DNA of 64,000 nucleotides, taken from contig CM035356.1 in assembly GCA_020137815.1 (NCBI GenBank), positions 3,968,001 through 4,032,000 on the forward strand, in the 5' to 3' direction. Positions 23,367 through 35,600 of this stretch are shown piece by piece; position 1 is the stretch's first letter, and each line of letters begins with the position of its first letter. The stretch is from Hormiphora californensis (lineage: Eukaryota; Animalia; Ctenophora). The notes under the pieces were generated by a model. It ran no database searches, was not told where the DNA came from, and was given only the letters and a program-made list of their open reading frames with translations. A program made the translations under genes and the position numbers.

Positions 23367-26300
23367 ATGGACCACACTCTACGGGACAAGCGTCCTGTGG
23401 GGTGTTCCAAGGAGCCCGGGATGAGACCTGCCCGACCATCGTCTCCACGAAACCAGGTACTAATCAGCAAATAACAAATCAGGATAAAACTCCGCTAATT
23501 ATACGCATCTTATTGACACAATTTTCTGATTAACTTATCGGCCCTCAGGACGTTTCGTATGTGCTTTCCAATGCCTTCGGAGAGCTGTTCTCCAGTGACG
23601 TTTTGGAAGACACAACGATTATAAACTTGGAGACAAGCAGGACACACGATGACGATTTTCATGACTACTACGTTCAACTTCTCACAGAGGTGGGTACAAT
23701 TATTTACAAAGGTGTCTGTGTGAAGTAAAATCGTGATAATAGGTAACTGCAAAAGGGAAGTAGTTGAACCTCCCTCATATCTCTACTGTCCATTCTTCCA
23801 ACTATTACATCTCTTTATCACCCCTTTCTTTAGATTCGAACGGAGCGCAGTAAAAGGGTCGAGGAACTTCGGCTAGTGGAGGACCACATGTTGAGTGCTT
23901 ATAATCTGGCCAAGGAACAAAACCTCAACATTGAGCGTGATGAACGTGCTCTGGGGATCCCTGAGCGTAAGTACATATATACCCTGCTAACTTAAATAAT
24001 GCGCCAGTCCCACTAGCGCGCTCTCGATAACCAGCCAGTCCAGCGGCAGATTATTTCCCACTGGCAGGTTATTTATTTTTAACTCCTATGTTACATTCAA
24101 AGTGTGTGTAAATGATCAGTTCTTACTGAAATACAGAGGGAACACTGTTTGGAAGAGTTACACACTAAATTGGAGAGAAAGAAACAACACATTCCGTCAA
24201 TTACTCTCTCTTTATCTTCCCTTTTGTTTCACTATCTCAATTCCTCTGTGTTATGTCTGGCATGCCCCATATCTTGTTATTTCTTTCTCTCTCTCCTTAG
24301 TAACTGTTACCAAACAATGTACACTCAATTGAGAGATGTTTTTGACTGTTTCTCAGTTCTCTTTGTGTGTTTTGATTAGTGTTCTCTCTCTTGTTAGTGT
24401 GTAATACTTGTAACAAACAACTAAAGCAGGGTATATAACCTATAAACTCTTGCCACAGACGCGTTATAGGTTTAAACCCCTCCGCCTCTCCCTCGGCTAC
24501 GCCTCGGGATCGTCGTCGTGATTTAAACCAGTTTATCCGCCAGTGGCGGATAAACTACAGCTACCTTCTCCCAGCGGCGCGCTGGGAGAAAGGTATCTGA
24601 AATAACGCGCCACTGGCAAGAGTTTATACCTCATATAATGTTCGTTGTCCGAACCGGGCGTGATATTACATTCATGTAGTATGACATAATATATGTTAGA
24701 TACTTTAACTAACCCCGCTGTTTTAAGTATTTTATAACTGTTGTATTACCCCACGCAGTATTTATCAATAAGTATACCTCTCTCAGGGCACGTTGGTATG
24801 TCTTCCTACCTGGATAATGACCTGCTAAGCCGTTACAACCTCCTAACCCCGTCCTCCTATTTGAGGCCATCTCCACCATCCCTGGAATCCCCAACAATCC
24901 CTGACCTCCCTCACTTCATGAGAAACACCGAGGTATATTGGTATATAATTTGGGGTAATTAACTCTTTAATTGAGGGTAATTAGTTGTACAGTACAGGAA
25001 ACTACTGCATGGAGGTCTAATAGCTTCCCATTCCCGTTGTTGTGATGTAGTTGTATTATTACGCTCCAGTTGCAGATTGGAGGCTGGCGCCAGTTTCTGG
25101 CGCCAGCCTCCAATCTGCAACTGGCGCAAGCTGGGAGAGTCCCTGTGCGCGCGAAATATCTTCGTTGACTAGCAGGGTTTTCGATGTGATTTGCATCTAG
25201 AGTGGCGCGCGCGGCAGTGTCAGCAGTGTCAGCAGGGGCCTGCCTCATTGTAACTAACTTCGGTCGCAAAATCTCTAACTGGACCCTTTTGTTAACTTTT
25301 ATGTACTTGATGTATAGGGTATGCCGGGACAATTTAGACCACCGGGGAATTTGATACGTTTCTCACTTAGTAAAGCTATTTTACTGGGTAGAACTATTTT
25401 AGGTGTACATACAAAGGTAAGGAATTCAATACACACATAAAAACCGTACACACTAGGGACCCCACACAGCGTCTGCTGCAGCTAAGGGGCCCTGAAAACC
25501 TGATAGAAGGCTAGTAAAATACTGCAAAAGCCTCGACACGGAAATTTAAGTACTAAAGAGAGGGGGTAGAAAATACCTGGCGGACTGGCGGCTATCCCGA
25601 GGGTGGAGCAGCCCCATATCTCGGACTGTGAACATGAACAGAGTGGGAAGGGATGGGGGGGGGGAGGTGTAGAGTGTACTATAGAACGTTACTGGGTACA
25701 ATGGATTCAATAAGGTGTTTCTTAGTGAGACGGACAAACTCAGTCAAAGATTCACTCTGTCTGATAGGGTAGGGTAGCTTATTCCACAAGTCAGTGACCC
25801 GGTGAAAAAAGCTAGTCCTAAGAGCCCTATGAGTGTTCGTATTGTAGGCAGACATGAAAACTAGAGTCGTTCTGTCACGACCTTCCCGAATGTCAGTATT
25901 CTGACGGGTGGCCCTGAGTGTGCTGGGGTTGATCGGTTGAATGTACTGAGGGACAGTGATGCTAATCATACCATACACAATCTTGTAAAACAATCTGAGA
26001 TCGTTAAACTCGAAAAGCTGCCTAAACGGGAGAAGGTTCAAACTCAGGAGATGATCTACATACTCGTCATTAGTATACGAGGCAAGTGGTTCATTTCTGA
26101 TCCATTTTACAACCCGTTTTTGTAGCAATTCAAGTGACTTCAGGCTACCAGCATTCACACACGACCAGACCTGATTACAGTGCTCAACTAACGATCTCAC
26201 CATGGATAGATACAGAGTCCTCTTACAAGAACTCCTATAGAGGAAATAACAAGTCCTGCGGAGCAGGTTGAACTTAAACGACATGGATGTTATAATGGAG

Positions 26301-29300
26301 TCACAGTGAGAGTTGAAATCTAAAGTGCTGTTGATGACAATACCCAGGTCACGTTGGTTAGTGACATACTCCAGAGCCACCCCTCCAAGAGAGTAGAAGT
26401 ACTTGTGGAAGGGGAGGCTACTGAATGGGTTAGATGACTGGGTGGTAGGGCTGATGACACTCAGAACCTGGCACTTAGCTGGGTGGAACCGCATCATGCT
26501 CCGAATTGACCAATCATACAAGGCATCAATTGACTTCTGAAGTTCAAAATGATCACTCATACTGTCTATTCTGCGCCAGATCTTGGTGTCATCAGCATAC
26601 AAGGAGATGTTAGTCCCAGGTGAAGTTTCGTTAAAAATATCGTTAATAAACAGGACAAACAATACAGGACCTAAGATGGATCCCTGGGGTACACCAGAGG
26701 CCACCGGAAGGATATCAGAGCTCTCACCATCAATAACAACTTTCTGACATCTACCCTTCAGGTAGCTCCTAATGAGTCCCAGCAACTGACCACCCACACC
26801 AAAACCCAGCTTCAGCTTACTCAGTATCAAATCATGATTACAAGAATCGAAGGCACGGGAGAAGTCAAAATATATAACATCTACCCTCGCCCTCGCGTCT
26901 AATGCTTCTGCCAGATTGTGGGTGAATGGAATAAGTTGTGTGGTACAGGATCTACCTCCTAGAAAACCATGCTGACGGGGGATCTAAGTGGGGGGAACAG
27001 ACATCTAAAATCTTAGGCTTGACAATCCTCTCCAGGACCTTAGAAACGAGAGAAAGTAGAGATATGGGTCTATAGTTAGCCACGTCTCTCCGATCTCCTT
27101 TTTTAAAGACAGGTACTATTGAGGCAAGCTTCCAAGCGTCGGGAAATGTACCCACCCTAGCACAATTGTTATACAGTAACCAGAGGGGGTAAGTGAGAGA
27201 CCCAGCACAGTTTTTGAGGACTCTGCCAGGTATCCCATCATCCCCGCAGGCCTTAGAACTATCAATAGATGCAAGGGCAGTATACACTTCGTTATAGGTG
27301 AAGAACACTGAGCTCTCAGACTCATCTACCTCAATATCGTAGCTACTAGGAGCAGTGAAATGTGAGACAAGATGGTTGTTGAACAGGTTCGCCTTACCAG
27401 AGGGATCAGACCTATACACACCGTCACTAAATACGCTCTCGGGGATACGCAGGGTCTTACTGGACAACTTAACATGAGACCAGAACCTCTTGGTGATACC
27501 ACACCCAGAATCAACATCAAAATAGTCGTTCATTCTAGATGAGATAACCCTCTTTAGGTTTTTTCTAGCCCCATAATAAGCTGCCTTATTCTCAGGAGAG
27601 GGGTTGCCACTGAGACGAGATCTCAGGGTCTCCTTCCTGTTTCTAGCTCTCACCACATCACGATCATCATGCCACGACGGGGTGAAAGGGTTTCTCACAC
27701 GCTTCTTGGGGATGTACTTCTCACACAGACTAACAATTACTCTCCTCACATTCTCCCAGGAATCGTTGATATTAACACTAATAAGCCGATCCCAGTTCAC
27801 CATGCCAAGCGCGACATTCAGTGGGACGGGGTCGAACTTTCTAAAGTCATAACGGAATCTGGCGGGACGACTACTCCGGTTGAAACTTAGATTAATATTA
27901 AATCTCAGCCCGTAGTGATCAGAACAACACACCTCATTCACATCACAAACTGACAACTGTCCAACAAGATCCGGGCAGTTGGTAAACAACAAATCTAAGG
28001 TGTTACCAGAGACATGTGTAGGGGACATAACAAGCTGGGAATGACCTAGTTCACCACAGAGAAAATCAACAAACTCACCTTCAAGGGCATTCTTAGTGGT
28101 GCCATCGGGCCAGGAGATCCCTGGCAGGTTGAAATCACCGACTAAGAAATGCCGCTTGAAACTCCTGGTTTTGGCCAGGTTCAACAAATAACTTTTAACA
28201 TTGGACAGGTTAACAGATGTTAACGAACTAACTCGGTAAAATGTGGTGATGCAGAAACTTATGTTGGTACTACAGTTGAAAACAACACTGAGAATCTCTG
28301 CCTGGGTACTAAAGCGGTCAAACCTTATAACTAGATAGAGAAAGATCTTCCTTATGCGCTATGAGCACCCCACCACCATTGGCCCTAAACTTCTTGGGTT
28401 GGTCGGGGTCAAAGGGATGGGTGGCAGCACAGCGATCCAGTCTAAACACTTTGTACCCATTAGAGAATATCTCACTAGGCTTGATATTGCTTTTCAACCA
28501 TGTCTCGTTAATGACTATGATATCAGGCTTGTGAGTGTAGATGAAGTCCTGGAATTCTAGAACCTTGCTCACAGCCAGGTCAGGAGAGGTCTGACTAAGG
28601 TTAGCAGTGTGAACAAAGCCCCGAACATTGTTATAGAGCACACTCAGAGAACGAGGTCCTGGGTTGGCAATACTGGGGTTACAGACAAACAGCATGAGGA
28701 AGTTCATCACACACAAGAAGAGAGAAATCACAATACGGGACGTACCGTGATCTCTCTGTCTGGTGGCAAAGATGATGATACACACTAGATTAACATTAGG
28801 TCTAATAGTACACAGGGGATGGGAAGGGGGGAGGAGGGGCAGAACGGCTGGGGTTACCGTGGGGGATGGGTTAGTGATAGACAGGTGAGCAAAGAAACAG
28901 AGTGAAACGATAAACGTGTACATGAACAGTCCGAGAATGAGGCCACATACCAGTTCGAGGAAAGCCGCAAGGTCCGCAGGTCCTTCTAGATTCCCCTGGT
29001 TAACACATCTAGAGACATAAACACATTTTCCAATCCTCTCTCTATATAACTCTAAACAGATTGGTATTAGTGGCGAGAAGGGGGGCTACCCGTGTACAGG
29101 TAAAAACAGTTTAGTGGGGGCAAGAAGGGGGCGGACCGGGGTAAACAGCGAGGTAGGTAGAGCAAAACGGGTTAGGGAACGACCAGCAAGTAGAGGGTTT
29201 GGGGAGTGGGGATCAGATAATCAAACTCGAGTAAATATCAAATTAAATATTCAATCACTGTGAGAGTAAAAACTGAGAATCTTAACTTGTTACCAAAAAG

Positions 29301-32300
29301 GGAACAAAACACAGTCCAGCTAAAAATAGACACTATAGCTCCACCCTCCCCAACATTCTCTACCCCTGGTTTAGGAAGAACAGTCTCCCAAATAAGGTAT
29401 AAAGAGTTCGATCACGTGACAAGCGGTGCAACACAGTGCTCTCTCTCCCTCGCTCCTCACTACCCTTGCCTGCAGATGTACAATACATATAATACACGAC
29501 ACGTGATCAATCAGGCAGGGACTAACAAAGACAGTCATAACACAGATCACTCATTCAGTTGACTCACATTTGTGATCCGTCTCTTGAACGTATCGTCAGA
29601 CATCTTAACAGAGAACATCTTAACCGGCCCGTCGAAATACACCTTGCTCACTCCCTCACACTCCTCCAGTTGCCTCTTCCTCTCCAGAACAGCAGGTGGG
29701 GTATAATGGTAGGCACCAATCCTCTTCTTTCTCAGTGGTCCCTGTCGCCGGTAATCAGAAACAATGTCTTTATCCCGGATGTGACTAAAAACAACAGTAA
29801 CTGAGCGGGGTTTGGCTGGATCCTTCAATTTATTCCGGTGTACAGTTGATATCCGGCTGGAAGTGAAGTCGGGAATTATCTCCCTAACATGCTTGGTCAC
29901 CACCTCAGTGATGTCCTCGCTGGGGTCCTCCTTTATACCGGTCAGAATGGTGGTAGATCTCCCGGAGTATGATTCAGACTTCAGCAGGCGGTCCTCAAGG
30001 GAGGGGTCGCTGGTCTGGCCAGTGGAGACAAGAGGTCCCATCGACTCCAAACGAGTCTCAAGAGCTGCATTACTCTTCTGGAGCTCAGCAACGGTGCTTT
30101 TGAGAGCAGCATTTTCCTCTCGGATCTCAGCGATGGCAAAATACAGAACATTGAATACTGAGGCAATGTCACCATGTTTAGCAGCAAGTTTTTTGGACTC
30201 AGCTATCACCTTTGTCTGGTCTAGAGCAAGAAAGGCACTGGTATCGGTTCTAGTACGGGTAGCAGTGACCATTTTAATTAATCAAGGTGGCAGGAATTTG
30301 TTGGGGGTGAAGTAGAGTAGATGTATCAGGAGCTTGGAAAAACACGACCAAATATACGATGGCAATTGCAATGATGACGTCATCATATCTCCTAGGCAAT
30401 GGAGGAGCACGAGAAAGCGAGAAAGTTAACTATCAACAGGCAGCCAGCACCAATTCCTCCAAAAAAGATCAAACGATCTACCCTATCAGCCGGTATAAAT
30501 ATTTGTCAATTGTTTAACCGCCACCGTGCGTTATAACAAGTATAAACTATAACTGCAGTAGCCACCCACCTCACTGCAGTACTGGTATTATGCACATATT
30601 GAATTGTGTGTTGTACACATGTTGCAACAATAGTTGCAAGTGTAGCCCCCCCCCCCCTGTAAACATGTGTGTAGCCCCCTGTACAAATGTTCCCCAATTC
30701 TTCACGGTGTAGCATCAACAGGGAACATGAAGATTGTGGCCCCTCCCAAGACAGCCTGGAGAGAGAGCATGAACCCAGATACTAGGATACAGGAGCAGAA
30801 GGTAAGACAGAGAGAGAGAGAGTTTTGGTGTGAAGCGGGTGAATGCATTTTGTGTTGAGGTCTGAAATTTTGGTCAAGTTATTTATTTGTCTCATAGAGT
30901 TACTCGGCCCAATTTTATCGCTCCACGACATTTGGAACTATGGTAGTCTAAGGGAGTGGGTGGCTTTTTATGCCCCACACGGTAGCTAAACTAAATTGAT
31001 AACATCTTGTTATTTCAGGGTCTGGAGAAGTTGAAGGCTAGAAGTAACTTCCTAAAGTCTAAACGATTTACCGCGGATGATTCGGAGGCCATCTTTTGCA
31101 CCATACCCGAGCGGGTTCATTTTGATAAGTAAGAAAATTCAACAATACTAAATAATATCATAGCACTGGCAAGTGCCCCGGGCCCAAAAGGGGGGTGTGG
31201 GGGCACAGCCCCCACCATAAACGGGGGTGTGGGGGCAGAGCCCCCACCTTAGAAATACCCTCTAACTCAAAAAACAAAAGAGAGAGCACACGCAACACTT
31301 CTACACACAAGCGCGTGAAAACCTGCCAGTGCTACTATATACCATTGCAGATTTCGGGGTTTTTGATGCTTTAAAAAAGCATGTTCCAGATGAAGTAGAG
31401 AGCTGAAATTTTGTACTCTGAGGGCCCTCATATAGGAGAAGAGGCATGCAAATTTTCAGAACGATCGGATGTAAGGTAAAAATTTGCCAGAGGGGTCCCA
31501 AAATGCAAAAATGTAAGGAGGGGGAGGGGGAGGACGCTTTTTTATCTTTGAGTGTTCTCCTAAACCACAAATAGTAGAGACTTGCCGTTTGGAACAGTGG
31601 TTCCTTACATCATTGCGCTCGGTAATAGCTGTGTGAGAACTTCGAAATCGCCATAGTTCATTAATTATTCATTAATTAGTCATTACATATTCATTTAAAC
31701 CATGGTCGCGATATGACACGACTCGAAGGTCATAGAATCTTGAAACCGGTCTTTTTCGACGCGGAATCGTCGATTTATGGGGGGTCTTACTCGGGACAAA
31801 AATCTCTATCTCGCACCGTTAAGCCGTTATTTGCATATTTATGCACCTATTCACGATTTTATGCATATTTTCAATATTTTCACTTCGGTTGGTCCTAGAA
31901 CGTTTTCATGGACATATTTCGACGCAAAATAGTCGATTTATGGGGGGTCGTCCCCCGGACAAAAAGTCGTATCTCGCACCGTTAAGCCGTTATTTGCATA
32001 TTTATGCACCGATTCATGATTTAATGCATATTCTGAATATTTCCAGTTCGGCTGATCCTAAAACGTTTTCATGGACATATTTCGACGCAAAATAGTCGAT
32101 TTATGGGGGGTCTTACTCGGGACAAAAATCTCTATCTCGCACCGTTAAGCCGTTATTTGCATATTTATGCACCGATTCATGATTAAATGCATATTCTTAA
32201 TATTTCCACTTCGGCTGGTCCTAGAACGTTTTCATAGACATATTCCGGCGCAGAATAGTCGATTTATGGGGGGTCGTCCCCATGACAAAAAGTCGTATCT

Positions 32301-32620
32301 CTCACCGTTTAGTCGTTATTCGCATATTTATGAACTATTCAAGTTTGAAAATATGCAAAAATCAGAAAAAATAGCTTTTTCTATTCAACACCAAAAAGAA
32401 CATAAATTAAGTCCAAAAACCAATTAAATAAATTAGTTTGGAATGCCCGGGCCCATGTGGTGTCACGGGGGTAACACCTTTAGGCTACTATCATAAATGA
32501 TGGATATCGAGAGAGAAAAAGGCAAAGGAAATTAGGATAGAAAGAGTGAGATATAATCAAGAAAGACGGAGAGATAAATAAGAGGAGAGAAAAAAAGAGG
32601 GATATAGTGAAAGAAACAGT

Positions 32621-32670
<50 letters not shown>

Positions 32671-35600
32671 TAGAGATAGAAAGATTGAAGGATAACAATT
32701 AACAATTAACGAGATATGCCGTTAATTATGGCAGTAGCCTAAAGGTGTTACCCCCGTGACACCACATGGGCCCGGGCATTCCAAACTAATTTATTTAATT
32801 GGTTTTTGGACTTAATTCAACAATACTAAATAGGTGTAATATGTAATTTTTACTATTTACCCACTTTAACTGTTTTTTACTCCGCCAGGTACGCTATCGG
32901 TGGATCGTACGAACAGAAAGTGAAAGTAAAGAACATTAGTAACACAAGTCGGCAATTGAAGATACTTCCCCCGAAAACTAAACACTTTACAATGACGAAA
33001 AGTAAGTGACTTTTAAATTCGTTTTTAATCAAAGTGCCACTTACTTCAAACTATCAAACTCACTCAGTAGTAGTTAGGTCGTGATAACTGTGAATACTTC
33101 TTAGTATTAAATACAGTTGATAATTTGCCTTGTTTGACACACTCTCTCTCTCTCTCTCTCTCCCTCTCTGGAGGGTAAGAACAATTTATACTGACCCCGC
33201 CCCGAATTATTACAGCTGTTGATCCCTCTGTGAATGGAGCCATTGCACCTGGATTGGCAGTGGAGTATACTGTAACATTCCTCCCGGACACCCTGGGCAG
33301 ATTTGAGGATGGCATTCAGATAGTGCCCCAGGGTGGTCAACTGACCACTGTGGAACTATTGGGAGAGAGAAACCCTCCCAAGCTATCTCGTAAGTTTTTA
33401 AAAAAGTGGAAGAGAAAAGGTAGTGAATCATAGAAAAATTGTGACATTTCAATAACGAAAAACTCAACCCTTTAGTCGAAGAAACACTTGATTGTGGCTA
33501 CTGTTTGGTGAATGGAACTCTAAAGAGTCAGTTTGTGTGCAAGAACACTGGTGGGGAGGGTGTTTTTCAACTCTACCTACACGGTCAGGTCCCTGAGGTG
33601 TTCCAATTTAACGACCTGCCCCCTCCTGAGTTTCAAATTGATGAGTCTGTGTTTAGCATTGCTCCTACATCATTTGCACTGGGGACCGGGGAGGAAATTA
33701 CACTTGATATCACTTTCAAACCTGTTCAGGTACAAAGTTCATCTGATTCATGATTCGTGATTCGTGAATTTAATATTCCTGATAAATTTTGGATAATTTC
33801 TTGAATCAGTAATGGCATATTCTTACCCTTTTGATTCAATGTTTTCCTTTTTTTTGCAGGCTGAGCAAAGTTCAATGAAATTCACTGTTGCTATTGACAA
33901 CTGTACCTCCAAAACGTATACAATTGTCGCGGAGGCAGAGGTGTGTCGAGTTCAAGTAGTTGCTGTTAGTGGAGGTAGGTCCCATTTTTAGAGTAGCTGT
34001 GGTAAATCATGATTCATGTGTGTTGAGTGTGGTGTCTCACCCCTTACTCAACAAGAGTGTCCTGGATAACATACATTAGAACATGTATTAGAAGGGTCAA
34101 ACACTTTTGATTATTACTCAAAAAAGAATCCATCTCGCCTGATGATTGGTTTCCCGTTAGTGGTATTATTTCGTTGTGGAATCCATCTTTATCTCTATAT
34201 TCTTTGTTTCCCAATTCAGGAGAGAGTACGGTGGATTATGATATTCGATCTGCCGAGGAGAACACGCCCGTGACAGTTAACTTTGAGGATCAAAACCCGG
34301 GTACTTCTGGACAGAAAGTGTTTATTGTCCGAAACTGTGTGTAAGTTTGGAGGGTGGCTTGGGACATGGAGGGGGAAACTGTGTGTAATTTTTAGGAACT
34401 TTTAGGGTGGCTTGGAAGATGAAAATATCATTGCTTCCTAACTCAGAGAATCTACCCCTAAAGTAGAGCTAGGAATATCACTTCTCTCCCTCTCTCTAGA
34501 CACGTTCCATAACCTCACTTCTCTCCCTCTCTAGACACGTTCCCCTACACTACTTCTCTCCCTCTCTCTAGACACGTTCCCCTGCACTACGAATGGGAAA
34601 TGTGCCGGGTACTCTCTGAACCAAATCTCTCCCTCTCTCTAGACACGTTCCCCTGCACTACGAATGGGAAATGTGCCGGGTACTCTCTGAACCGGAGGAA
34701 AAGGAGAGAAAGTTGTTGCGAAAAGATGAAGAGTCACCGTTTGATATTTCACCAGTTTACGGTGTGCTGCCACCATCCACAGAGAGCTCTTTTACTGTCA
34801 TGTGTACACCACAACAGGTTATAATGTTTGCTGTTAACTGTTAATTAGTTGTTAATGTTAGAGTATTAGGTAACAGAAATCGTATACTCCCAGTTTATTG
34901 GTATCCTCTCAAGATATGATTCACGTTCTTCTCGCATTCTTTACTTTCTAACATATACCTCATACAGGCGGGTAAATTTGATAATGTAGCACGGCTATGG
35001 GTGGACAATGTCCCAACTCTACTACCGAGTGGGCTTGTTATGGAAAGGAAAGATTCTGTTCGGGTGTCTATCTCCCATCTTGCTCAGCCACACCAGGTAC
35101 CATTTAGTTGCATAAATGTGAGTGTAATGAACAAACACTCTGAAATAGGGATATTTAATATCATTTGTTGTAAGGTTAGGAGCCTCTATATCAGGAACCG
35201 ACCGAAACAAGTAAACAACCAATCAGAACTCGTTATTTAGGTCACGTGACTGGTTATCAGCCAATCAGGGACCAGTATTTCCTGATTCGGTCGTTTCCTG
35301 TTAAATATAATGCCCATTTTACTAATGTGTTCCTTCCATTAGGTCAAAGTAGAGCCTCCAGCAATAATTGTTCCTGATCAGAATCTCATTAACAACACCG
35401 TCACAAAATCATTCAAAGTAATCAATGGCAGTCTCTCCTCCACAAATGTCTCCTTCTCGTGCCCTGAAGATGGAGACCTGAAGATGACCGTGCGGCCTGA
35501 CAACCTCACTGTCGGTATGTAAATCAGGGAGTGGGAAACTTTGATTTGTTTGGTTGGTGAATGGTGAATGGTGATTGGTGATACATACTAAGTCGACGTT

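Larger units (their letters stand above)
25380..30500 (-). mobile_element. Near full-length CR1/L2-group LINE, antisense in a DLEC1 intron (boundaries approximate)
   Basis: ORF1 is a coiled-coil protein. ORF2 has an APE endonuclease (PDIIVINETWL, GGGVLI, GDFNLP, LDLLF, SDH) and an RT (NYRPISLL, SGVPQGSILGP, LYADDTKI). There are two frameshifts. Confidence 0.92.
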
